Below, in pieces: positions 25,930 to 38,500 of a DNA stretch of 64,000 nucleotides. Source of the DNA: Eukaryota sp. GEM-RC1 (taxonomy: Eukaryota). Positions within the stretch are counted from its first letter, which is position 1. Every line of letters begins with the position of its first letter. A model generated the notes under the pieces. That model was not told where the DNA came from and made no database searches. It saw only the letters and a list, made by a program, of their open reading frames with translations. The translations under genes were made by a program, and so were the position numbers. Where the stretch lies: the NCBI GenBank assembly GCA_040285855.1, contig JAUFOQ010000002.1, positions 3,410,001-3,474,000 of the forward strand, in the 5' to 3' direction.

Positions 25930-26700
25930 GTGTTGTTGTCAATAAAAATCTTTGGACAACAAAAAGACGTTGTGACATCCCCCTACAAACGTCGATATAC
26001 ATAACATCAGCAATAATGAAAGATCCATCGAGACCAGGAAATATGACATCACCACTGCTGATTCCAAACGATTTGTCAACATTTGTATCATCAAACAAAC
26101 CAGCCAGAACTGGTTCTAAAAAGGAGACTATTCCATAAGATTTACACATACAATATAATTGATCCCTTACTGAATCATGAACCTTACCTCTAAAAGAAAT
26201 AAAGCGGTTACAATTCAATAAATGTGTAGGTGATACAGTTTGCCCACATCGGTATTTCAAATTATGTGGTAGATTATCAGGCCAAATATATGACCGTAAA
26301 CTATGTTTAATGACCAAGAGTTATTATAAAGAAAAAAGACCGTAAAGTTGAGGGATTTGAGTAATCAGACATGAAGCAGAGCTATTAGAAACATCTATTA
26401 AGAAAATTACAAAGGGAGATGTTTTTCCTTGTCCATGCCATGTCGAACATTATAATCCAAGCTTTGAAAAATATTTGTTAGTTTCTGTTGTAATTTTTTC
26501 AGACAAATTTGAACATTAGTCAAACATCTTTCAGGAATTTCAGACACAGATTCTGGGAAACATTGAGACCAAACTTCAGAAAGTAATTTGATCAATACTT
26601 CGTTTAAGTCAGATATATATTTACACGAACTGGGGTTAATAAGGCAAATATCATTAGGAAATCGATTAACAAATGCAAAAATCAAATATTTCCGCCCCCT
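25930..26700 (-). mobile_element. RLE non-LTR fragment (family D, related to family A)
   Basis: RCGQ...HLLNC...VHDSVRD...GDVIF...IADV; related fragment at ~63240-63530. Confidence 0.8.
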
Positions 26701-27108
26701 AAAACATAAATATCATCTTTACTAGTATTTGTTTCTGAATTAGAATATGTGTATCAATTGCTAGAAACATATATAACCACTTCACTACAGTGCACATAGA
26801 TCCAATAAATGATGGATGCCAAAGTGTAAAAAAAACATATTTGGAAATTTTGAGCAATTCTGTATTCATAATACATTCCAAGAGATAATACAGATCAAAA
26901 TTGACTTAACCTTTTCTGTAAAATGGAGCATACTGGTGTTCATGTTGGATTGAATGAAAATTCTAAGAAAACCTTCAGGCTAAATGTCAGCTGAGAGATA
27001 TTGATTAGGTAGTTAGTCACTACCATTTTGGTTTCAACATGTGTTTTATTTCTCACAAACACCTCTACTAGTAGCCGACTGTTCTAATTCCTTTCAATAC
27101 TCTTATCA

Positions 27109-27690
27109 ATGTGGCTACTCATCGTGTTTATCTTAGTTGCTCTTAGTCTAGCCATTATTTATCAGAAGTTTCTTGGGTCTATTTCGATCTTTGAGTCCTT
27201 CTCAGTGACTTCCCACATCGTTTCTTTCCTTGTTTTCCTTCTTGCCTTCTACACCATCTACTTTCTTTCACTTAGTGTCTTTGCACTCGCTTTTGCTATC
27301 CCACCTCAATTTCTACACGTGTATTACTCTCCGTCATTCTCCTTTACTTCTTCTTCTGGGTGGCTGTCTGTCTGCTCTCTGTTCTTTTCTCTTTTGACAT
27401 CGTCGATTTCTTTTATTGCACTTTTCCGACCTTCATTTGTTACCTTCGACTTCTTCATCTCTTTGTCTTTTTGTCACGTCATCATGCTTACTGTAATCTA
27501 CGAAATTCCCTCCACGTTCGTCTTTTATCTTGTCCTTCTGCTAGGATTCTTCGCTGGCTGGTTCGTAAGTGAATTGCTAACTCTTAATTTGAATCTTTTG
27601 TCTTATAAACCATTTTCATCAGTTGAAAAGGAAGTTACACGTGATTCGACTGAGATGGATGTCGTTATTGATCTTTCTGATTCTGATTGA
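27109..27690 (+). CDS. Multi-pass membrane protein, SYS1/TMEM244-like
   Basis: About five hydrophobic segments; DFFISLSFCH...IP...F..ELL pattern. Confidence 0.5.
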   Translation: MWLLIVFILVALSLAIIYQKFLGSISIFESFSVTSHIVSFLVFLLAFYTIYFLSLSVFALAFAIPPQFLHVYYSPSFSFTSSSGWLSVCSLFFSLLTSSISFIALFRPSFVTFDFFISLSFCHVIMLTVIYEIPSTFVFYLVLLLGFFAGWFVSELLTLNLNLLSYKPFSSVEKEVTRDSTEMDVVIDLSDSD

Positions 27691-29090
27691 TTATCTAAAT
27701 GAGCTCTTTGCTTTCTGTTGTCAATTTTGTTGCTACAGTTTGTAATTCACCTTTGGATTTTTAATTTTTTGATCTTTTTTTAATCCAGTTTTTATTGTAC
27801 TTTACGGTCCCTTTTTGATCGTTTTCCGGTTTTTTTGTGTAATTTTTTCTCGAAAGGACTATTGTTGTAATTAATTTCAAATTTTTACATAACACTGTAG
27901 TTTCCTAAACAAGATCATTAATGATTGAAATTATTTATTCCAATAAAAAGCCAATTGATTACAAAATTTAAAATTTCCATCAATTCTAACGGACCTTCAT
28001 TACTGATAGAATTCCCTGACAGATTGATCTTCAACCTGGGAAAATTTTAAATTTTGAGTAGTTGAGCTACGTAGCAATGGAAGGGCTATATTTGAATCTT
28101 CAACATCAAAATCTAATAAATCAACTTTAACAGTTAAAGAACTGTTCTTATGCAAACTGTTTTAAACAACCAACGTGTTTTTTAATATAGTAACCTTTAA
28201 CCACAGACTCTTTGAGATTATTTTCTCGAAAGAACACAATCATTGTTCACGCAACAATGAGAAAACACTGCAGTAGATTACGAGGAAACGAATATGAAAT
28301 CAATACTATTATTGGTATTATCGGAAAAAAAAACGGATTTATGTGCGGAGAAAAACATGATTGGCAAGTCTGGGATTAGTTTGTGGTTAAACATACCTTG
28401 GAACATTCACTGCACTGAAACTGAGTTGAATGCTTGGCGTTCACGTGGCTCCTTAATCCACTTTTGGATCCGAAAACTGCATCACAGTCCTTACAAGCAT
28501 ACCCTCTTGTGGACATGTGAGAAGACTTAATGCCGGTAGAAAAGTGAATTTCATCTGTTGAACTTCATTTCTTCTCATTTCCTCTTTTCTTACATTTTTA
28601 TTTGTTCAATGTTTCTTCTTTGAGTCTACTATTGCTTCATTTGTAATGACCTTAACATGTTAATTAAATTAAATGGGAGATCCCCTATTATCCCCCCTCG
28701 CAGTAAAAGAAGTTGAATAGTACTGACGCTTTAATCGTACTGACATCGTTCAATTTGTAGGTCACATGTGTTGTATCGTGGTATCTAGTACAATAATAAT
28801 ATTATCTTATTTATGCTTTTGAAATTCTCAATACACTTAAATCTACCTTCATGTGTTAACCAGTTCAATTAATACGAGTCAATAAATTTCACATAACATA
28901 TTGCTACTTTTGTATCCATGACAGTTGTTTGTACCGTATACTACTTCATCATTTCCATCATTTCAAAATTTGTTAATCCGTGCTTCAAGCTATGTATCGA
29001 TAGCTTCTGTGTTATTAAAGCAATCATCAACTTTTTTTTCGATTTACTAAATAAAAGCCTTTTTTTAAAATACAAATTTATTGAACTCCC

Positions 29091-30806
29091 TTAATTCCAA
29101 AGTTTTACAGTACAATCACTAGAAACTGATAGCAAAGCCTTACCATTTCTCAAAAAAGCACAATCATTGACCATATCCTCATGCTCTGAGAAAGTAAACA
29201 ACTGCTCAAACTTATCATCCTCTGTACTACATCCTACAACTGACCCATCGTCACCACAGTAAGCAACATAACGATCAGTAGGATGAACAGTAATAGAATT
29301 AATTCCAAAAGAACCTGAATTCAGTGACAGAGGTGCCTTCTCACAATAGCGAAGATCAAATTTTAAAATATTACCATCCGAATCAGTGGAAAAGATGAAG
29401 TTACAATCGTGACTGAAATCAAGACTTCTAATGGCATTGGTATGTCCAAAGAAACTCTGTATGCATTGACTAGTTCTGCAATCCCATAAAGAAACTGTTT
29501 TATCAGCAGAACCTGACGCGATGATGTTGGAGCTAGGCAGCCATTTAATAGAGTTGACGCTATCAACGTGGCCTCGAAGGGTTAACAAACTTTGAAAATT
29601 TGAATTAATATTGAATATTTTAATTGTGTGGTCCAGACTTGAAGCAGCTAGAAAATCACCAGTATAATGAAAACTCAAATCCCAATAAGCAATCATTTTT
29701 GATTGATCATATGCCACTTCTCCCTCCTCCAACCTCTGTAAATCGTACAAAGATAACCTTCCGTCTCCAGAAGAGGTGGCCAGAAGAGTCCCAAAGGGGT
29801 GGAAGATAGCAGAAGAAAGCCAAGAAGTAGCAGTGACTGAAGCAATTGTAGTTAATTGATTAGTATCGGAAATTTCGTGTAATTTCCACGAGAAATCATC
29901 GGAAGTCGTACAGAAAACGTCAGAATTTGATGGATGAACTGTTACGGAACTGATACTAGCATCATGAATCTTTTCAGAAAACATTTGACGAGTAATTGAT
30001 GGCTCTGATGATGTGGTACTTTCTAATTCTGGATGACAATCAGGAAATACGGCCAATGTCTGCTCCAACTTGCTAACAGTCACATTCTTACTATCACTAT
30101 GATCTCTTAATTTTGATTTTTGCCCTGATGATTGTGGGATGAGCTCTCGTAGTTGCCCCTTCAGTTTATCATTCTCAAGTTTTAGCAAGGACTTCTGTTT
30201 AATCAGCGAGTCGTGGCGTTCTTGTAGAGCTTTCAATGCTTCGGGGTAGTGTTCATAATGCTTCTTTAAACGCTTAATGTCAGTCAGGAGTCTCTCTTTT
30301 TCTTGAACAACTCTTCGGTGGTGCATCTTATGGAAGTCTCGTTGCTTCCTAAACTTGTCCCACGTTCCCTTGACTTCTTCTGAAACTTCCTTGAGCTCAT
30401 CTAGTTGCCGTTCCAGTGATTTAACCTTAGATGTGAGCTGTTGGTTTTCAATGTAGACGTCAGTTGGGGGGTCAATGAAAGACGATGGGTCAGAAGTAGA
30501 CGAGTGTGCTGACGTCATTGCTAGCCACTCGTTTTCAAAGGTTTCGTAGGTTTGAGAAAGGTTATGTTGTATAAGGAAGTTGCGAATATAGTCAGCTACA
30601 ACAGAGGGTTGCGAATAGGTAGTAGGAGCAGAGATTGTGTGGCTTTCTGCTGTTTGAGGTTTGTTGGTAAGTGATTGGAGAAGAGTATCAAGATCTTCAT
30701 CATCTGACTGAGTTAAATTTGGCACATCAAATGATGAAACATCAATATCCTCATAATTAAAATCATCTTGAGTATCATCGTGAACTTCAGCAGAATAAGA
30801 TGCCAT
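29091..30806 (-). CDS. SPAG16: Central-pair WD40 protein SPAG16/PF20
   Basis: VVADYIRNFL...TFENEW, KFRKQRDFHKMHHRRVVQEK, followed by seven WD repeats (LRGHVDSVN, SGSADKTVSLWD, FFGHTNAI). Confidence 0.93.
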   Translation of the reverse strand: MASYSAEVHDDTQDDFNYEDIDVSSFDVPNLTQSDDEDLDTLLQSLTNKPQTAESHTISAPTTYSQPSVVADYIRNFLIQHNLSQTYETFENEWLAMTSAHSSTSDPSSFIDPPTDVYIENQQLTSKVKSLERQLDELKEVSEEVKGTWDKFRKQRDFHKMHHRRVVQEKERLLTDIKRLKKHYEHYPEALKALQERHDSLIKQKSLLKLENDKLKGQLRELIPQSSGQKSKLRDHSDSKNVTVSKLEQTLAVFPDCHPELESTTSSEPSITRQMFSEKIHDASISSVTVHPSNSDVFCTTSDDFSWKLHEISDTNQLTTIASVTATSWLSSAIFHPFGTLLATSSGDGRLSLYDLQRLEEGEVAYDQSKMIAYWDLSFHYTGDFLAASSLDHTIKIFNINSNFQSLLTLRGHVDSVNSIKWLPSSNIIASGSADKTVSLWDCRTSQCIQSFFGHTNAIRSLDFSHDCNFIFSTDSDGNILKFDLRYCEKAPLSLNSGSFGINSITVHPTDRYVAYCGDDGSVVGCSTEDDKFEQLFTFSEHEDMVNDCAFLRNGKALLSVSSDCTVKLWN

Positions 30807-30866
30807 GAAGTGAAATAGTGGAGGAGGTTTCGCATCAACTTTTCAATTTCAACACGTGTTTTTTTT

Positions 30867-32303
30867 ATGGAACGCCCTGATGCAAAAACTGACGTTCCAG
30901 ACTGGAAAAGGGCCAAACTGGATGACTCTGATGGCTGGTCTGACTCATCGGACGACGGTCCTCCAAGTTCCTTCCAGTTTGACCAATCCCCCATCACTTC
31001 TTCAGATGAATCCTCAACCGAGGCTGATTCCTCCGTAAATGTCACACATACTGATCTTCCGTCTCAACCCGAGAGCTCTTCTCCCCTTAAAACTGAACAA
31101 TTGTCACATCCCAGTTCTGTTCCTCAAGACTTATATTTTTCCCAATTTAGTGATTCTGATGATGATGCTGATTTCTCCCGACTTGAGTCCCCTCCGACCT
31201 CTCGCAGTGCTAGCCCGCCGTCGTTTTTGGCTCACCAAGCCTCTCCGCTCAGCCACACCACTGATACTACTCAACTACCTGAATCAATGCCTTCTATACC
31301 ACACGAACATGAGATTCCTGCTCATCTACCATTACCACGCGGAGTATGCTTCAATCTCTTCATTAACTATAGGTCATCATCGATCCTCTATCGTACGTTT
31401 ATGGCAAGCTATCATACAAACCAAACAACCCCGCTAAAATGCCCATCAAAATAGGTCCGTGTTATCAAGTAGTTAATCTCCCCGTGCTCAATGACCCAGA
31501 TGTTGTCATGCCTCTCACATCCAATTCACTTCCCTTCGCTCCTTTCACTCAAGGAGTTCTGCTGCCGACGACTGTACTTCCCTTACCCAGTAGAGAATCT
31601 ATCAGAAAGAGCGAAAGTCCTGAACCAACACCACGACAGACACGCCGGTCGCACTTTGCCTTTACTGAAATGCCTCATGAAGAACTTGTTGTTTCTCCAT
31701 ATCTTGTTTCAGCTTATGACTCTGAGATTACCGACTTTTTGTCTGCTCTTCGGTCTGTGTGTGGTAATAGTGGATTTTCAATGGAAATGGCGCTCCAGGT
31801 TTTGAAAAATCATCATTATAATTTTTCAAATATCCGACAAGCTTTTGCTGATCAAGATCTTCGACCATATGTACATTTTTTTTGGCTGCAGCTCCTATGG
31901 AATTCCAATCGCTGCATGCCAGTTCACTCAAAAGTATTTTGAGCTCAATTGGAGTTCTGCTGAACACGATCAGTTTACAGAGTGCTTTATTGATCACGGT
32001 CGAAACTTCCGTCGTTACCTGCCTTTCTTGAAAGGTCGTCCTTTAAATGAGCTATACTTTTACTTCATGCACTACTGGAGGTCAGCCTCCCCCGATTGCC
32101 AGTATCTCTTGGAGGCTGATAAGGAACGTGTTGAACGTCAACTCCACAGTAGATTCTTCAACCTTGACTTGTTACTGCAACGACACCATCATCCTTCCCT
32201 TTATCATCCGAGTGGAGCTCAATTACCTGCGTCACAGGCAGTAATCAGTGCTGATGATGGAAGTCAAGACGGACATGTTTGTGACTTTGGTGAACCAGAA
32301 TAA
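30867..32303 (+). CDS. ELM2-SANT chromatin/co-repressor protein (29-nt intron 31344-31372; frameshift at T8 near 31880)
   Basis: Splicing joins the first ORF in frame to IKIGPCYQVVNLP (ELM2), EMALQVLKNHHYN; SANT-like WSSAEHDQFTECFIDHGRNF. Confidence 0.75.
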
Positions 32304-32523
32304 CATTTTTTTGAGGTTTTTTTGTATTTTTATATTATTTATTTCCAATTTCATTGTCAGAATGCAGTTTTTGTTACTGAAAAGGATCCTAAAAGGGAAT
32401 CGTTTGTTTATAGGAAAATATTTATTGGATCCAATCATGTTGAAAAAAAGAAAGATATATTACAAATTTATTACAAAAATAAATATTGTTGGCTTTCAGT
32501 TAAATAAAAACTATTGTAAAATA

Positions 32524-35500
32524 TTATTTTAACCCCAAACGGGCAATGTTATTTTTAACATAATTCTTGGGACGGCTATGTTTGGCCTTTTTCAATGCAG
32601 ACAAATGTTTTGAGTCTAAATAACTGCTAAAAGTGGCATTTCCAGATGGTGGTCGATAATTACTATAAGTTGCTGTTAAGGAAATTCGCCATTCAAAATT
32701 CCAACAAGAAATTAATAGAATGGCGTTGCATTTTGAACTGAAGTTAGAAGTATCAAACTTAACTAAAAATTTGAAATCTTCTAAATTTGGAGTTAATATT
32801 CCAGACGACGGGGCAACTGAAAATTTCTTAAAGTGTAGCGATGGAATGAAAGAAGCCGTATACTTGACAGCTTCCCTAGAAATCAAATGATTTTTCAAAG
32901 TAACCTCAACTTCTTCATAGTTTTTCTTATTTAATGGGTCTACAATGATTGAAACTTCCTCATCAATAGAGCTACTTCCATCCGCAACTACATTGATTGG
33001 AATCACCCATCGACCACCTGATTGTTGATCAGTAAAAATAACATTAAAAGTACTAGAAATAGATTTGAATGGTAAAAAATCAAAAGGTAATTCAAGGACA
33101 TGGTCAACTGAAGTCACTACTTCGGGGAATAAAAGCCACTCCTCAATCAATTTTAATTGAGAACTTCCGGTGTGATCAGGACTTTCCAAATGAACATCAA
33201 AAGTGGAATCTTGTTTCAAATATGTCAGTGAAAATTTCAAACTTTGTTGAGTTTTAAATCTAGTGGGTCCAGAAACAGTGTACTTTGTAGTTAAATCAAC
33301 GACTTTTGATTGACCAACAATTGGCACAATCCAGTTGAACTCATTTTCCATAACTTCTGATTGAGATGAGCTCACAATCAAAAATGATTGATATCGTTTC
33401 ACGTCATCAGTGGTAAACAGAATAGGAATCGTGAGAGATTCATGGGTATTGACGAAAAATTCTTTGGTTTTAATTAAAGCAACAAAATTTCCAAATCGGA
33501 ATCCATTGTCAACTTTTTCGGAAATATCAAAGCCATCGGCAGTTGATTCGTGACTGAATGCAATATTAAAGGAAACAGGAAATTCAAAAGGATTTTTGAA
33601 AACTAACGACTTTTCAGTAAAATTCAAAAATTTGGACCGCTGAAAACACACTCAATCAAAAATTCGTCTGTTATGGAAGGTTTTTCTCCTTGTCCTTTGA
33701 CTTCAAAAGACCAGGTCAAAAAGGGAAATTCAACACAACTAAAAGATATTAGAGAAGACACCGTTTCAAATCTGCTTGGTTTAAACAACAAGTGAACTTT
33801 TTCAGTTGATTGAGCAAGAATTTTAAAAGTGGGATTTTGTAGAGCAAAATTTCGAGGATTCGTAATATCACTTTGAATTGTAATTGTCTCAGCAGTGGGA
33901 TTGAAAATTTCAATTATTTTAGAATTGATTGATCCTAATGGTGCGTTGATAACACCTAAATCTTCACAATCAGGGGCTGTTGCAGTCAAAACTAATTGAT
34001 ACCACGAAACCGGAAGGTCTTCATGATTGGGAATAAACTTGATGAACCCTGAAAGCGACTGTCCTTCAAAAATATTTGAAATATTGCTTGATTTTTGATT
34101 GAACGGAACATACATAAACTCATATTCCAGTGAAGACTGTCTCGCAATAGAGAAATTCAAGGGACCCTCCAGATAAGGTCCACTGAAGTCAACAGAAAAG
34201 TTGACGTCAACACTGAGTGGGTTAAAGAGCTCAACTGCAATCACTGACGTCTCAGAAATGGAAGTTTCCACTTCAATCGTATCAATTGGTGGAAGGTCTT
34301 TGGAGTCAATCACAATGTTGAAAGTGGCATTTAGATTGGCATTATCTGAGTTTTCAAAGCTGATTTGACCGTCACTTAATCCAGATACAGTGGTATAGAT
34401 TGAAAAGTCGTATTTGGCAGGAACTGATTTGATTGTAATTGATTGACTACCACCTAAGCATTCGAGATCAGTCTTGATTTTGATTACTGAGCCGATTGGA
34501 AAGAGATCAGGTAGAGTAAGAGTAGCAGATTCTGGCTGACGACAAAAAACAGAATATTTTAAATTTTTCTCAAATTTGGGGAGAGAAACTTGGCCAATTA
34601 ATTGGTATGATTGATTAAACTTTTGATCTAATTTTGACCTGAAACTAATCTTTCCAGAAACATTATGATCTAAGGAACGTGGTTTGAAAGTGATTGGATA
34701 CAATTGATGTGATTGGGAAGGAACTTTGATATGATTGGGACCGGACCAATCACGACAGTCAAAAACGACATCAAATTCGTTATCCAAGTCGGAATTTGCA
34801 AAAACAGGGATCTTTTGAGTGATTGTCTTTCCAATTTCACATTGAAATTCTAAAGTACCGAGAGAACTCATTGGAGAGGAAATTTGACAAGATAATTTAA
34901 AAACTCTAATATCAAAGCAAGATGCTAGAATAATTCGAATGTCGTAGCGACCGGAACTAGAAGTTTTAAAGGTACCGACTAATTTGTTTGAATCAGACTT
35001 TTGATTGGTAGAGACTGTTGATCTCATTGAGATTGATGACATGATTGATTGATCACGGAATAAGTTAGCCAGACTTCCAGTTTTTTTGATTTTTGACCCT
35101 CTGGAATTGGAAAGTGTTAACGTGTCAGGAATTGACAAGTCAGTTGAATTTTGAATAATCTTGTAATTAATTGAAGACTGACCAATCATTGAATTATAAA
35201 AGCTTTCAACATTATTTAAATTTTTGGCCATGGAAAAGACCTTATCCAATGCTAAATTTTTAAAATTAATTGGATAAGTGACAGCAATATCTTGATCAAC
35301 TTGGCCTTCAATCTCAATAGTTCCACAAGGCAATGGCAACGAAGATTCACCAGCAAGGTCAATAGAAAACTCACCAATAGTAGAGTCAATGAGATCAATT
35401 TTACCAGCAAAGTTTCCCAAAACTAAAGGTAAAAAACCAATGGAAATAGAACAAGTAGCTCCTTTTGATAAGGAAATTTGACTGGACTTCAACATGAATG

Positions 35501-38500
35501 GATTGCACTTCAATGGGGTGGTGACGTTATCAGATCCAGAATAGGAAAGAGATGATGTGACGTCTAGAAGGGAGGCAGAAAGTTCCAGGTTAACATCAGA
35601 ATCAAATGGATTAGTAATTTGAAAGTCTGTCCAAGTCAAGGCGTACACGTGACCAGTGAGCTCTACTTTTTGAGCGGGGGGTGCAGCCTTTGTTTTGGAC
35701 ATTAAGTTAAAGACAAGGGGGGCTGGAGCAGAGATATCAACTTTAAGTGGGATTAAATAAAGCTGAGAAGATTCTGATTTTGAGAATCTGAAATAATACG
35801 AAATTTTTAAAGATTTCTGTGACTTCGAAGGAATTGAAAGAAATTCCAGCTCTGAAGAGAAATTATTGAAATTATTATTGAACAGAACAATACGGTAATC
35901 AATTTGCTTGTCAGTCGGATTCGAAACTTTAATCGCCTTTACAGCAGTGGTCGACAATTTATCGTAAAATTGAATAATTTCAGACTGTGGTTCGAAGTTA
36001 GGCAAAATATGGGCCAACATGGACAACAAGACAATCATGTTTCTAGCAATAGGAAAGAGTAGATCATTGGGTTTTAAACCGGTTGGAAACCCAAGGTGAT
36101 TGTGCAAAACATCTAATATTTCCCCTGCATTTTTCTCCTTTTCTGAATCAATCAAAACTTGACATGTTTCATACTCAACATCTGACATACTTGAAAACTT
36201 CTGAATAAAAGAAAATTTGTCCTTACAAAAGAGCGGTAAATAAGAATACAGAAGACAAGCTAGAGGTATACAACTACAGAAATCAAAATCAAAATTAGTT
36301 ACTTGGATACCGAAATTTTTAAAATTTGAAAATATTTTAGAAACATGAAGGTTGACCCATTGAAGAAGAGTTCTTTCTGAATAACAAACAATCATTCCGT
36401 GACCGTCATCAATCAAATCATTTCCCATCACATCAACTGATAGCTGATCAGTTAGAGAGGTCTTAACACATTGATGGAGCAGAAAAGACCACGAATGAGT
36501 TGACACTAGCTCAAATGTAGACGTGTAGTGATTATGAAGTGATTGACGAACATGGGGGTCATTAATGTTCAAGTATGGTCGTAATTTGGAAAGTTCGGAG
36601 ATACTAGCTTCAATAAAAGAACTTTGAGGTAACAGATACTCTGGTCTAATGACATTAATTAACAAACCATACGATTTTAAAAGTCGACAACATTTTTCAA
36701 CAAATTTTAATTGTTGGTCAAATGCATCAGAAAATTTTTCTCTAGCAAAGGTATCGATTGGTTTTCCAGTTACTTTTGCAACCAAAATTTTAAAATTCTT
36801 GAAATTATTAGCAAAGAAATGATCACAACCCTGCAAATTCTTCTGAGACAAAATGAAACAATTTAAATAACACTGAATTAGACTTTGAGTACTACTGGTA
36901 ATCACTTCCTGTAAGTAAGGTGTTGTAGGTGGCAGTAGCGAAGGAAAGTTTCCTAAAGCAACAAACGAACTGGAACATGACTGAGTATCTGAGAAATTTG
37001 AAATATTGTTAAACAACTGGTCAACTTCAATTGAGTCCTTTTGAAGTCTGCCATCTTCAACTAAATGAATAAAATTTTCAAAATTTCGAGAAAACAAAGG
37101 AAACAACGTCATCATTGAGTCATCAAACACTCCCGAACACGGTACGGAATATAAAAGACCATCTCCCGCCAAAAAGTCAATCAAACAAACAAAAGAAATA
37201 GGTTTTGGAGAATTGATTTTGATCAGAACGTCAACACTTTCCTGATTGAAATCTAGTTTGTTTCCAGATACAAACTCAGCAGAAATGGGAATCTGAAGTT
37301 CTTCTGGTGGTAAGCGAATCTCCAACGTAATGTTGGAAAACCCAACATTGTGAATTGACATTGTAGTTTTGAGCTCGAATCCCACCGGCGCCGGGGGAAA
37401 AGACAAACGGTCATGACTAAATAATAAACTCGGAGCTGTAGATTCACCAGCAAGATATACTGATTGGGATTGACCGTCATCACTTTTGATTAATAATTTT
37501 GAATTGAATGTACCAAGTTTAGTAGGGGTGAAGGCAACAGAAAAAGTAAAGATTTCTTCAAAAGTCAAGAAGAATTTGTTAGACTTTGATGCAAAGTTGA
37601 GTGCAAAGTTCTCAGAATCTTCCAAGAAGAGCTCAAATTTGACTGGTTTAATCGGGTCAACGCAAGTCAATGAGATCTCATTTTGGTATAAAGTCCAAGG
37701 CTCTTCAGTTGACGAACTTACCACGACTTTTTGTCCAAAATTTAAATTATTATGAGACAGAAGTAGACTTCCTTCAAATGACGATACTGATACTTGACAC
37801 GTGTCTATGACGTCATCAGGAAGTCCAGAAATGGAAAGAGGAAGAGAAAAGTGGAAATTCTCAATGTCAATTGGATTGTAAACTAATGAAACTTGTACAT
37901 TGGACGTGCCTGGAACAGAAATTTTAAAAATTCTGGAAGTTTGACCACCACACGTCACATCCCAATCAATTTTTGATTGAGGTTTCCCTACCATCATAAC
38001 TAATTGACGACTTTCAACTAAAGATAACGAGTCATAAACAGAAACAGGTTTGTTACAAGGAGAAATTTCTTGGATAATGGCAGTTGAACTATCTAAATCG
38101 AGGGAAAACTGATTGTACTGAGAAAGGTCAAGAATGAGATCAAGATTCGATTTAGATTGATTGGAAATGGAAAGTGGCTGTGATCTTGATTGGCCAAGGA
38201 TCACATCATGATATTGAATTGATTCTGGGGTGATTGAAATATTAGGAATTTCTATTTGACCTCTGACAGCTATTTTAACAGGAGATTGCCCTGGACTTAA
38301 AATTTCAAGGAATTTTTGAAATTTACCCTCAAATTGCTCTACATTGCTCAACGACATCAATGAAACTTCAGTGTCTTCCCCTGGGCCAAGAATTTTACTT
38401 TCAGTAGATATTTTAAATATTTTGGATGCTTCAGGATCTTTGAAAGACAGTTTAAAAGGCCATGCAAAGGTACCTTGATTCTTGATGAAAAAACTCTTTT